Assembly: GCA_035084275.1 (NCBI GenBank)
Contig: CM068745.1
Span: 58,094,001 to 58,158,000, forward strand
Direction: 5' to 3'
DNA: 64,000 nucleotides
Origin: Hydrolagus colliei
Taxonomy: Eukaryota
Part shown: in pieces, positions 26,255 to 38,335 of the stretch
Position numbering within the stretch: the stretch's first letter is position 1
Layout: every line of letters begins with the position of its first letter
Notes under the pieces: model-generated
Seen by the model: only the letters and a program-made list of their open reading frames with translations
Database searches by the model: none
Told to the model about the DNA's origin: nothing
Translations under genes and position numbers: made by a program

Positions 26255-27275
26255 CAACAAAAACAACAATAAAATTATATTTTTATATAATGTCCTTAGG
26301 ACATCTTCCTTTCATATCAGGAGGATTTCCTAAGGCGCTAGACAGTCATTGATTCAGATCCAAGCTGGCATCGGGAATGGGGAGTGGGGAGATTTGGGGT
26401 GACCGATGGGACTGTCGAAGTGGAGGGTCTTGAGGCGGGACTTGAAGGAGGCAAGGGAGGAGGTGAGGAGAGGGACTGCTGGATGGAATTCCAGAGGATG
26501 GAAGTTCCTGAGGCAGAATGGCTTAACGCTCACCTGGCAATTTCGGGGCAGATGGGTCAGGGGACGTGGAGCAGGCCAGCGCCTGCTGAATGGAAGTGAC
26601 GGGCAGGTTGGTAGGGTTTTAGGAGGTTGCAGATGTAGGCTGGGGCAAGGCTATGGAGGGGTTTGAAGGTAAGGATCACAATCTTGAAATGAATCCTGTG
26701 AAGTCCTGTGAATCAATGAGTGAATAGATTTGGGCGAGAATGGGGGTCACAAAGCTTAGAGCGGAAGAGGACACAGGCCGCAGAGTTGGGTGTCATCCTC
26801 ATACATGTGGGAGTTGACCCCATGTTTGCAGATGATGTCACCAAGCGGGAGCATGTAAATGTTAAAAAGTAGGAATCCAAGGACAGAGCCCTGGGGGAAG
26901 GCACAGGTGACGTTTCGGGTGCTGGAAGAGAAGCCTTTGGTGGTGACAAAGTAGAGATGGTGATAAAGGTAGGAGTCAAACCAGGTGAGGGCAGGTCTGT
27001 GAAGATAGAACTGGGAGGAGAGGCAGTGTAGGACGATGGACTGGTCAACAGTATCGAAGGCAGCAGACAGGTCAAGCAGGACAAGGTGGCAGAGAAAGCT
27101 CTGTTCACCAATGTTTAAAATGCGATTAGGAACTTTGACCAGGGCTGTCTTTATGCTATGAGTAGCACGGAAACCGGATTGTAGGGGTTCAAGGAGAGAA
27201 AGGAGCGAAGCTGGGAAGCAACAACTCGTTCCAGGGCCTTAGAAGCAAGGGTAGGTTGGGGATGGGGTGGGTTTA
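26255..27275 (-). mobile_element. L2 LINE with RT core and an internal deletion
   Basis: Minus strand encodes LLDLSAAFDTVD, PQGSVLG.LLFNIYMLPLGDII and HMYEDDTQL, joined directly to the NSAA region and 3' UTR. Confidence 0.9.
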
Positions 27276-27429
27276 TGGGTCTTTACAGTGAATAAAGTAC
27301 TGTACAAACAAAATCAACATACTTTGAAATGTCTTCCCAAAATGAAAGGGATCATATCGTATGCAAGGATTATTGTTTAGCAAACGTATTTCAAACATTT
27401 TCTCCAGGTCAATTGGGAATATTGTAAAT

Positions 27430-27710
27430 ACCGATTTAAGATAGTTGTTAAAAGAAACAGAAAGGAGGTTAGGAATAAAAATTTCACCCAGCGAGTTGTT
27501 CAGATCTGCACTACCTGAGAGAGTAGTGGAAGCTAATTCAATAACAACTTTTAAGAGAGAACAGATGAGTATTTGGGGAGGACAAGATTGCAGGGCTATG
27601 GAGAGAAAGCGGGCCAGATGAATTGAGTTGGATTGCTCTTTTCAGAGCCAGTGCAGATACAATGGGCTGAACGTCCTCCTTCTGTGCTATATGGTTCTAT
27701 GATTCCATAA
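27430..27710 (+). mobile_element. CR1 3' fragment
   Basis: TTCACCCAGCGAGTTGTT..CTACCTGAGAGAGTAGTGG..GGGCTGAACGTCCTCCTTCTGTGC..TTCTATGATTC. Confidence 0.8.
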
Positions 27711-28431
27711 GTAGCATAATTTGGTTTTAATAGCTATAACGGTAAACAAAGTTTATTATTGTATGGAGCTAATTGAATGAGTTAATTATTTTTGAACATT
27801 GCTGGTGTTGAAACTTGTTTTCTGAAAATTCAAGTACTATGCAACCAGATGCTGTTGATGTATTACTTCCTAAATAATCACAATAAATATACAAGTCATC
27901 AGCTATTGTTTAAATATCCACATTGACCTGATTTCATTATTTTAATTTACACTGATCCCTTCAAAGTCTCCATGGACATAGATTGACTATTTATAGATCT
28001 ATGGAAAACAATCACTATGGAGGTTTAATACATCTCTCTAAACCGAACTATGGTGATGCACAATCATCAGCAATTATTGCTGCGAAGACCTTATGATCCA
28101 TCAAAATACAGGCATGTAATAAATGTCACATTGCTTCAATTTTGCAAAGGGTTTCTCTGCATCAAAAGGCATGATAACAATTGATACACCAAGTTTTTAT
28201 AATTAATCTCGAAATATCACATTCATCCTCACTAAATTAAATTGACCACAAAACCACATTATCCAAGATTAATGCAATAAATTCGATTGGTGTATATTTG
28301 CCAATATTTTTAACTAAATTTGTTTTGCACCTTTCACATTGACTCGGGTGCCACCCTGTCTTCTAAACAATGGCAAAGTATGAATGAATCCATTATTAGA
28401 ATACTTTTCTGGGAACTAATCAAGAATATCT

Positions 28432-28738
28432 GGAGCCCTGTAGCTCAGTGGTTAGAGCATAGAGCTCTTGCCTCACAAGCAAGAGATCTGGGTTCAATTC
28501 CGGCAGGTCAAAAGTTTCCTTTCACCACAGGCCTGATAATAATCCCTCAAGAAACGTTTTTGAAAAATAATTTTGTCACTCAATCCATGACTGTTTGTGG
28601 GACTCCTGTGCGCAATTGGCTGCCACATTTCTCCCACAAATATACGGTCAATTCACTTTACAGTATATTCTGTTAAGTGCTTTGAGATGTCCAGAAGATA
28701 TATATTACTATATCAAATGCAAGAGTTATTTATTTATA
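28432..28738 (+). mobile_element. tRNA-headed SINE
   Basis: GAGCCCTGTAGCTCAGTGGTTAGAGC...GGTTCAATTCC, family core and tail. Confidence 0.9.
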
Positions 28739-29927
28739 ACAGTTGGACTATCAGTTCCAAGAAGATCTTGTACAACTGCTGGGAATTATCCATGGCTCGT
28801 GAGTCCTCCAATGGGAATCGAGGCAGTGACTCGACTACACCTGTTCTCTGTCCTCTAGGGTTATTCAGGACGCTTTGATCTTCCAACAGTCAACTAGAAA
28901 GAGTCGAGTGTTACATCTTCAAGATGACACTCCATGGCACATAGTTGTGAATAAAAAGCAAAATTGAAATCAATATTCTCTGCTGTTGTCAAGAGACAGC
29001 TTATTGTATTACTAATTGCTTGAATTTGACTGCAGCAATTAGCCTTTTTGATAAGTCTTACTAAGATTTGGCAGCCTGTTCACAGCTCATAATAAGTAAT
29101 GCTGGAGTGGAAAAGAGCAAATTTAGCTTTCTCTGTAATTACTTTATAACATTTAGCATTTCTGGTCAATTAAGGAATAATATCAATATTTCAGGAGAAC
29201 AGTTAGCCAAATAGGCAGTTTACATTTTCAAAGAAAATTGATTTAATTTGGTCAGCTCCCTTTATATAGTACATTTATTTTAATGATTAGGAAATGGCTG
29301 TGCTCCAAATAACTCTTTTTGCATGCACCTGTTAAGACAGAAGCACTTGTGAGTGACTCTTTGTTAGCTTGTACAGACAGGGATGTTTCTTTGAATAAAT
29401 GGAAGATATCTCAAGACTCAAGAAAACAATGCTCAGCTGACATAGGAGAGAACTGAAGTTAGATGAATAATTAAACTGATTAAACTCCATATACAATGGA
29501 ATAATTAATATTTCAGATAATTGTATTGGAAATAGAATTGAACAATAATTATAGTACAGTATTAGGAAAAAAATTGACAGAGGGCTATTTAATGGTTCAG
29601 GTGTGGCTTTGCAAAAACAAAATTATATCAGACAGGTAATCTCCCATTTTGATTAGTTTAGGATATAATAAGATCAATGTAAACAGATCGTTCAGTTCTG
29701 CTGATGGTCAGCTAATTAATTCCCACCTACAATCCTTGAGTTTGACTAAATTTAATCACCAATAGTAGCATAATGTACTACTTCAACTATTAAATGTGAA
29801 CCATTAATTCCTTCACATCTCAATGAAATTATTGATTCCCTCTTAATGTTAGTCATTTCTTTGTTCCACTGCATTACTATATTATACATTACAACATTAA
29901 AATGAAAAATGCTTTCCTTCAATTGAC

Positions 29928-30030
29928 CACTGCTTTCTCCATAGATGCTGTCTGACATGCTGAGTTTCCCCAACATTTTCTGTTTTTGTTTCAGACTTCC
30001 AGCATCTGCAGTATTTTGCGGTTTTATTAT
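29928..30030 (+). mobile_element. Penelope-like terminal repeat fragment
   Basis: TCCATAGATGCTGTCTGACATGCTGAGTTTCCCCAACATTTTCTGTTTTTGTTTCAGACTTCCAGCATCTGCAG. Confidence 0.75.
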
Positions 30031-30829
30031 TTTAAAATCTCCTCTTTGAATGTCTGCATTGTACAGAAGTACAGTCTGTCCAGGGAGCAATAGATAACAA
30101 TCGGCATTGAAAATCGTATGTACAGCACCAAATAATGCAGGCAAAATAGAACATATGCAAGAGAGTCAGAGGTTTCAATGAAATTCAGAAATGTATCAGC
30201 TATCTAGATAGGATACGTTGCATTATGAATTTGAGAGTAAACCAGCCTTGAATTTTGTATGCTAACATTTGCATAATATGCAAAACTTCTTACCATAATA
30301 ATGTGCAAGAGAAAGGAGCCATACATTAAATTTCATCATGTTATTGTATTTAAGAATGAAAAGGTAGAGGAGAAGGAGAAGAAAAACAATTAAATCCTGG
30401 TGAGTTTTAAGATTTGACCTAAATTTAACACATTATATGGATTAAATGGCTGAGTCTTTTAAAAGAAAATACCCAAAGAGACCTGGTTGATTGAATATCA
30501 ATTGATATTTTTAATAAATATAAAGTTAATGATTTTAATGGTCTGTAAATATCCAGGCAACTTGAGTGATATCTGCTATTGGTAGTGTACCCTGTATCTA
30601 GTGACTAGAGTACATAATCAAAGACAATTGTTCTGATTGTATGAACTGTACTAAGTCCATAACAAGGTGATCATACAACTCCCAAATGGTAACTGTGTAG
30701 CTGAAGATATTCCCCTCATAAGAACAAAAATTATAAATACCCTTGTCGAGCCAACCCATGATCATTTAATCCTTATTCCATAGAGCCAAGTATATAAGAA
30801 ATTCATCAAGCACTTCAGAAATTATGTTT

Positions 30830-31045
30830 CACCCGACTGCATTGACTCCCCATCACACAGAGAATTCAATTCAAGATCCTGATTCTCACCTTTAAAGCGC
30901 TCCATGGCCTTGCCCCACCTGAGCTCTGCAATCTCCTAACCCCAAACAACCTGGCCACTCCCTCCACTCAGTCTGCTCTAGCCTGCTCCATGTCCCCCAA
31001 CCCATCAGCCCCATCATCAGTAAGCAAGCCTTCAGCCACTCTGAA
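30830..31045 (+). mobile_element. L2 fragment
   Basis: RLH.LPITQRIQFKILILTFKALHGLAP. Confidence 0.8.
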
Positions 31046-31049
31046 GGCT

Positions 31050-31197
31050 AAATATCAATTACAGTCTATAAACACAGCACACAATCACGAAGCAAACTTC
31101 GACAATGGCGGACTGTAGTGTCTTAAAGCTGTACTGCTTTTTTTTAGGTGCCAGTTATACGGAAGTTGATCGGGTCATGGATAAAAGGCTTTTACCA
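31050..31197 (+). mobile_element. Fragment of the CAGTAAAAGCC-TIR MITE family
   Basis: TTACAGTCTATAAACACAGCACACAATCAC matches about 34222; ends in degenerate TIR GGATAAAAGGCTTTTAC. Confidence 0.7.
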
Positions 31198-31246
31198 TGC
31201 ATATGGTCTTTATTGGTTGTGTGCTACATCTCTTGGATATCTCATG

Positions 31247-31536
31247 GGAACCTGTATCTCAGTGGTTAGAATGAGAGACCTGGGTTCGAGTCCAGACAGG
31301 GCGAAACCTTGGTTCCTTACTCCACGTGCCTTACAATCCCTCAAGAAAAAACCCAATAATAAATTGGTCATTTCAATCCACAACTCTTTGTGGGACACTG
31401 CTGTGTGCAATTGGCTGCTGTGTTTCACCCACAAAATGCACAGTCAATTCACTTTACAATATATTCTGTAAAGCGCTTTGAGATGACTAGAAGGCATGAA
31501 AAGCGCTATGTCAAATGCAAGGATTATTATTATTAT
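31247..31536 (+). mobile_element. tRNA-headed SINE
   Basis: A and B boxes, core TTGTGGGACACTGCTGTGTGCAATTGGCTGC, (TTA)n tail. Confidence 0.9.
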
Positions 31537-31599
31537 ACTTGCCGTAAAAAAGGACAGAGTTCCAACCCATAACCTTCTATCCCAGTGGGAAGAGTCATA

Positions 31600-31935
31600 T
31601 TTGAGTCATATTCTTGGCTAACGCTCCCATGCAGTGCTGGTAGAATGCTGGATTGTCACAGATACCATCCTGATACCATTGTGTCAGCCCATTCAAATAC
31701 AAGATCAAGATCCAATGTTTCTATTCAAAAAAAGAAATGACCTTCTCCCAGTGTTTTTGCCAACAATCTTACGGATAAAATTATTCACTTCATGGTTGTT
31801 TGTGCGACATAGTTGTGCACAATGCAGTAGTTTTGCATTTATCTGGAAATGCAGTTACTACATGTTACAGTACATTCAATGAAGCACACACATTTTGATA
31901 TTACAATAATATACTAGATGAAATCAAGATCATTA
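31600..31935 (+). mobile_element. Degraded Deu-SINE
   Basis: GGCTAACGCTCCCATGCAGTGCTGG..AAGATCCAATG..CTATTCAAAA..TTCTCCCAGTG..GCCAACAAT. Confidence 0.55.
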
Positions 31936-32511
31936 TAGTCTTCTTCCAGTTTTTATATACAGGACAACTATATAAGTAACACTTTAAAGAGATCAATGAG
32001 CTGAAAAAAGATTCTTCTGGATAGTTGACAGGAAAGATCAGATCAAGGTTGTACATATACTGTATTGTTAATTAAAGCAGAGGTTACAGAATTCAATGAG
32101 GCAAAGGTTAGGCTTTATGGGTATGATGTAGCCCTTTGTGAGTACTTCAAGGGTAGAAACCAGCAGAGGAGGAAGAGAATGGAAGATTTTTGCAAATCAA
32201 AGTAGGTCTGAAGAATAAAGTTGTCAGAAGAAGAGGCGCTTCATTAATTCATGAAGCTACATCTAATTCAGGGGCTGTGCGCAGTTTTCTCCTACAAAGG
32301 ACCATCAATGATGACCTGCGGGAATTCCTGCATAATAAGGAAACAATTCTGTAAGCAAAAATTAGAAAGTTTATTTGAAGGTTACCTCAGAATCTATCTA
32401 ATCAGATGGATTATTATGATATCCTGTCCATCTGATTTGGCCTTACTGAACCACTCCAAGAGTCAGATTTATACAATCTTTATTTGCTCAGATTTTATCT
32501 TAAAGCACTTT

Positions 32512-33985
32512 ACAACAACAACAAAATTACATTTGTATAGCGCCTCTCAAATCGGGAGGACATCCCAAGGTGCTGGACAGACAATGTTTTAGACCCGAGC
32601 TGAGGTCGGGATCGGGGAGGGTGGAAGGAGAGGACGGGATTTGGGGTGACCGATGGGACAATAGAAGAGTAGGGGTTTGAAGCGAGACTTGAAGGAAATT
32701 AGGGAGGAGGTGAGGCAGATACTCTGCGGGAAGGAATTCCAGAGGTTAGGGAAAAGGCCAGAGGTTTGGCTAAAGGCTTGCCAACCGATGGTAGGGTGGG
32801 TGGGTCAGGGAACATGGAGCAGGCCGGAGCTGACTGAGAAGAGGGGGCGGGCAGGTTGGTAGGGGTTTAGAATAGGCCATTGATGGCTTTTTGAGCGTGA
32901 GGACCAGGATCTTGAATTGAATCCTTTAGTTAATGGGGAGCCAACAACCACAACAACAACAACTTCAATTTATATTGTGCCCTCCATGCCGGACAGCATC
33001 TCAGAGTGCTTTACAATAGCGGATACCGGGACCGAGCCAGGGGCAGGGGCAGAAAGGTGACCAAAAGTGCGGTAGAAGAGAAAGGTCTTCAACTGTGACC
33101 TGAAACTGGGAAGAGAGGGGGCGAGGCGAAGGGGGTGAGGAAGGGAGATCCAGAGCCTCGGGGCGGGGTGGCTGAAGGCACAGCCGCTGAGGGTGGAGCA
33201 GACGATTCGGGGGACATGGAGGAGGCCAGACCCAGAGGAGTGAAGGCAGCGGGTGCTGGGTTGGGGGGAGAGGAGATCAGAGAGACAGGGGGGTGCAGAG
33301 GAGTGGAGGGATTTGAAAACAAGGGTGAGGATCTTGAAGTCGATCCTCTCTGAGATAGGGAGCCAGTGTAGTCTGGCAAGGACTGGGGTAATGGGGGAGC
33401 GAAACTTGGAGTCGGTGAGTATGCGGGCGGCAGAGTTTTGGATTAGCTGGATTTTATGGATTATGGTGGAGGGGAGACCGGAGAGGAGGGCGTTGCAATA
33501 GTCCAGCCGAGACAAAGGCGTGGACCAAGGTTTCCATGGCTTTTGGGGTGAGTTATTGCCGGAGACGAGCGATCCGTCGGAGGTGGTAGAAGGCAGTGCT
33601 GGTAACGGACCGGATGTGGGGGAGGAAGGACAGTTGGGGGTCGAACCTGATGCCTAGGTTGCATATAGGTTCGGAGAGTTTTAGGGGCAGGCCGGGAAGT
33701 GGAGGAGGTGAGAGCCGTGTGAATGGAGACGTTGACAAGAGCCAAGGAGTATGGCCTCCGTCTTGTCGACATTCAGCTGCAAGGAATTTGCGCTCGTCCA
33801 GCCCCTGATGTCTGAAAGGCAGGCTGATAGATCATCATGGGACTGGGGGTCACAAAGTGAAGTTGAGAAATAGACTTGCGTGTCATCCGCATACATGTGG
33901 AAGTAAGCCAATGGAATCAGGTGAGAATGGGGGAAATGGGGTCATGGAGCTTGGAGCTATGAAGAGGACACGGGCCACAGAGCCT
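32512..33985 (-). mobile_element. L2 subfamily B, host of a nested L2
   Basis: Tail at 32512; sequence breaks at GGGGAGCCAA and resumes at 33906 with AGCCAATGGAATCAGG. Confidence 0.85.
32945..33905 (-). mobile_element. L2 subfamily A, 5'-truncated at the RT YADD motif
   Basis: FHMYADDTQVY..LQLNVDKTEAIL; [37 protein letters not shown]; TSD AGCCAA at 32939-32944 and 33906-33911. Confidence 0.95.
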
Positions 33986-34025
33986 TACAAATGGATTTCA
34001 TTCTGCATGGTTTTCTCCTAAATTA

Positions 34026-34996
34026 CAGTAAAAGCCAGTTTATCCGGTACCCTCGGGATCTGTCCAATGCCGATTAAACAGCATGCTTGAGATACAGGCG
34101 GCAAGTTGCCAAAAACCCAACACATTTTTTTAAGCTTATTTTTAAACATACCATATTAATAATAGACTAAATAATAACAGAATATTGCATGGACGCTTAC
34201 CAATAAAGCAATAAATATTGATTACAGTCTATAAATACAGCACACAATCACAAAGCAAACTTCTACAATGGCTGATGGGGGAGTTTATTTCCTCTTAAAG
34301 CAACACTGTCAATGGCTCCAAACCCAACCCCCCTCCATTCCTCTAATTTTCTCTCTAAATTAATCAACTCACCCCCTCCTCTCCCCACCTTTCTCTCCCC
34401 CTCCCACTCCTCTCTCTTTCTCCTCCCCCTCTTTCCCTCTCTTGCCTCACCACCCTCTCTCTCTCCTTCTCCCACCCCACCCCCCGCCAAAACAGTGCAT
34501 AAGCCCATGATAGTCAGGCTACACATGCAATGTAGTATCCGTCAGAGAGAGAGAGAAAAAGGAAGGAAGGAAGGAAGGAAGAGAGATAGAAAGAGAGATA
34601 GGAAGAGAGATAGAAAGAGAGATAGAAAGAGAGGGGGAGATATAAAAAGAGAAGGGGAGAGATAGAAAGAATGTGGAAGAGACAGAAAGAGAGAGGGAGA
34701 GATGGAGAGGAAGGAAGGAGAGGGAGAGAGAAACAAAAAGAAAAAGAGGGAGAGAGAGAAAAAGGAGAGAGGGAGAGGAAAAATCGACAGTGCCCCTTTA
34801 AGAAGAAAAAACAGAAGTGCCACTACCGGCAGCATTCAGAACTAATCATACTGTACTCTCGTGTGACAATCGACACATTAAATGCACCATTGTGCAGGAT
34901 AAGATCCAGTTATTTGAATGGGGACCTTTTTTTTGAGGTGTCAGTTATATGGAAGTTACAGTACTGATTGTGACACAGATAAACAGGCTTTTACTG
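34026..34996. mobile_element. Tc1/mariner-pogo-type MITE
   Basis: TIR CAGTAAAAGCC(A/T)GTTTATC at both ends, flanked by TA; internal CT-rich then GA-rich tracts. Confidence 0.88.
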
Positions 34997-35199
34997 TACT
35001 TAGTTATCAAATTTATACCTTGTCAGCATTTAATATACTGAATCAATCAAGAATAGTTTTCAAATAATCCATGAAAAGCAAAATATACGCATGAAAGTAT
35101 GGGTCCAATAAATTAGTGTACTTTTTGATTTTCCACAAAAATGGTCCAACAGTTAAATACAAAACTAAGCTTGAATGATTTCCAAGAATTTAAAACTAA

Positions 35200-35792
35200 C
35201 CCACCGATTTCCCCCCACACCCTTTTCCCCTTCCCTCCCTCTTCCCTCTTACCCCCCTTTCTCCCTTATCTTGCCCCCCACCCACCTTTTCCTCCCTCTC
35301 CCCCCTTACCCCCCTTTCTCCACCCTCTTCCTCCCTGACTGTACGCCACCCCACCTTTCCCTCCCTCTCCCCCCTTGTCCTCTTTTCCCCCTTTCTCTCC
35401 TGGCCCCATTTCCGCGACTGTTTGTGGGACACTGCTGTGTGCAATTTGGCTGTCGCGTTTCACCCACAAGTATACAGTCGGCTTTCCCGCTCTCCTTCCC
35501 CCTACTCTGACCCCTCCCCTTGCCATCTTTCCCCCCTTTTTCCCTTAATCCTACTTCCATGACTGTTTGTGGGACATTGCTGTGCACAATTTGGCTGCCG
35601 CATATTGCCCACGAACATGCAGTCAATTTTCCTACTCTTCTTTATCCTGCCCCTTCCCCACTGCTCTTGTCCCTACTTAACTCTTTAGCACCTTGGGATG
35701 TCCTCTCGACGTGAAAGACGCTATATAAATGTAAATTTTGATTGATTGATTGATTGACTGATCGATCGATCGATTGTTCGATTGATCGATCA
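35200..35792 (+). mobile_element. Composite retroposon: duplicated SINE core, L2-type tail and (GATT)/(GATC) repeats
   Basis: GACTGTTTGTGGGACA..GCTGTG..CAATTTGGCTG at about 35416 and 35561; tail GCACCTTGGGATGTCCTCTCGACGTGAAAGACGCTATATAAATG. Confidence 0.7.
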
Positions 35793-36189
35793 TGTAGTCG
35801 ACTCAATTTCACTGATATTCAGTTTAAAGCTGGTAGAGAAGGATGTGTTTAGTTGCATGCTAATCACTAAAAACAGCCTTCTTTTTAAAAAAAATCCTTG
35901 ATAATGGGAAATGATTTATAAATTATCTTAATAATACATTAATAAGGAATTACATTGCAAAAATGTATAACAAACTTCAATTTTTAATTGCAAACTTCAA
36001 TTCAAAATACTGAAATGTTATAGAATATGCAATTTGACTGGTTAATTGAGATGTGTATCATACAGGAAAAGTTTGTTATTGATATAACCATTCTATTCCT
36101 CTCAAAGCAAATTAAACTCAAAATGATGTAAACTAGGAGAATTGATGTTCAGAATGCAAGCATATTATGCAATCGATAGGAAAACATAT

Positions 36190-36285
36190 GATAATAATCC
36201 TTGTATTCAATACAGTGCCTTATCACATCTTTGAGACGTCTCAAAGCACTTCATGGAATATACTGTAAAGTGAATCATCTGTATA
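36190..36285 (-). mobile_element. SINE 3' tail
   Basis: ATAATAATCCTTG..GAGACGTCTCAAAGCACTTCA..ATACTGTAAAGTGAAT. Confidence 0.8.
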
Positions 36286-36477
36286 GCATCTGGTATGAGC
36301 AACTGTAGAATTGTTATATTTTATTGATTTCTTTAACACATGGTTCATTCATACTCCTTGTATCACTGACACTGGTTAAAAGCACCATTCACACATGCAC
36401 AACTCTGAATCATATAGCACCAATTCTAATCATATTGGGAACTCATTGATTACTTTGTGGGCAGCTAACGGCTGTCA

Positions 36478-36580
36478 GAAGTGACGTAAGATCATCAACC
36501 TGAAATGTTAACTCACTTTCCTCTTGCCATAGATGCTGCCTGACCTGCTAAGTGTTCCCTGCAACTTCTGATTTCATACA
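36478..36580 (+). mobile_element. Penelope-like terminal repeat fragment with decayed hammerhead motif
   Basis: GTGACGTAAGATCATCAACCTGAAATGTTAACTCAC..CCATAGATGCTGCCTGACCTGCT. Confidence 0.7.
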
Positions 36581-37619
36581 AATATTTATATAATATATAT
36601 ATATATATATAATACATGTATGCACACATATAGCAGCACTAATTCTACCTTGAGAAATGCAAATTTAAAAATCAGACTATAGGTGTTGCACATGTATAAT
36701 TTATTTTAAAAATATATTATTAGTTTAATAATACATAGTATAATTAGTTTATTATTATTTTTGTAAAATTGTTGAATTCTAATCTGTAGGAATATGACAA
36801 TTTACTTAATTGCAAATTTAACCAGAATTTGCTGCCTGCATAGTGTAACAAAGCCAACAATGAATTACTTTTCACAACAATTATTTTGTTATCCCAGTTA
36901 TGATCAACTGTGCCAGGTTAGATAAAATAACACTGCCTGATTGGATGCTATTAATGCATCAACCTTTTGAATTTGGGTTGGATAAAACATATAATAATGG
37001 ATAGGGGATAGAGGAGGCACAGACAAACAAATTAGTTAGCAAGCAGCTATTTTTAAAAAAAAACTTTGTTCTAGCTGAATATCCCATTAATGTCCAACAA
37101 AAGTGCTCCACAAATACGTCAACAATATATACTGAGTACAGTAATTTGGAAAATTATGTTATCAATTTTCAGTTATCAGTTGTAAAATCAATCTTGTTAT
37201 TACAGCTGCAAATATGCCAATACTTAAATTAGTGCAATATTTGTACAACTAAAAAAATTCTCAAAGTAGCCTTGTAAGTAGCATCCATTGAAGTTACCTC
37301 TGAATTTTCTCATTAATAAGGAGAAGCCTGAAATCCTAATAATGAAAATGTTCACAATCCTGGCAGTGACATGAACGTATCAGGCCCTAAACTATATACT
37401 GTATCAAATACAACAGTAAATACAACAATAAATCATATAAAGAACCTTGAGACATCTTCCTGACATGAAAGGTATTATACCAAATACTGTACACTACAAG
37501 GAGGAAATAGAAATGTTAAGTGATCTACATTTCAATTTGATTTTAATAATTCAAATTCAGTATGGCAACTCTAAAATGATGTCATAACACACACCAGATG
37601 AAGACCAGGAATTCAATTT

Positions 37620-37812
37620 AATAATAATTATTAAAATAATAAGAATCCTTACATTTTGATACAGCACTTTTCATGTCTTCTAGATGTCTCAAAGCACATC
37701 ATAGAATATACTGGAAAATGAATTGACTGTATATTTGTGGTGAAACATGGCAGCCTATTGCGCAATGCAGTGTCCCACAAATAGTCGTGGATTGAAGTGA
37801 CTAATTCATTAT
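37620..37812 (-). mobile_element. SINE 3' half
   Basis: Reverse complement of the family core and tail. Confidence 0.85.
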
Positions 37813-38279
37813 GTGTGTTTTCTAGATATGACATTGTATAGACGAAGGAATGAATGGAAAACTAAAATTAAGATAGGATTTGGTCTCTTTTCTGTACCTA
37901 GGTTAGCTCCATTTTGGCATCTCTCACACTCTTTATCTAGCCCAGGCCCTTCAACTGTAAAGGTTTAGTAAAATGATCCTTGGACAAAATGTATCACTCA
38001 ATGTCACTAAATATTTTACAGGTTACTAAATATGTCACCAAGTATGAGAATGCATTCCCAGAGTAGAGCATGTAACAATTGTAACCACCATATGTGTGGA
38101 TACTCCTCCTTATGATTCAGCTCATAATTCCAATGCTTAAACATATGAAACAAGACAACCCAAACTTTACCAAATTTTCAGCACAACGATTTGTCTTTCA
38201 CCTTCCAACCTGGATTAAACAATCCTCTGTCTGTTGATTTGATGGATTGTGAGTGATAGGAGTTTGTTCAATCTTGAAG

Positions 38280-38335
38280 AAGCTGCAAATGAATATAAGC
38301 TGCAAATGAATATAAGCTGCAAATGAATATAAGCT
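38280..38335. repeat. 17-bp tandem repeat, three copies
   Basis: AAGCTGCAAATGAATAT repeated three times. Confidence 0.95.

Noticed and set aside
28432-28510. tRNA genes at the SINE heads (also 20002, 31247, 43490, 54667, 55969)
   Set aside because: Each is followed by the same SINE body and tail, and each carries its own stem-breaking mutations.
32970-33911. Active reverse transcriptase gene
   Set aside because: 5'-truncated at YADD and frameshifted; a dead L2 copy.
38280-38335. CRISPR-like array from short direct repeats (also 13803-13856 and 10824-10890)
   Set aside because: Head-to-tail repeats with no unique spacers, in eukaryotic DNA with no cas genes.
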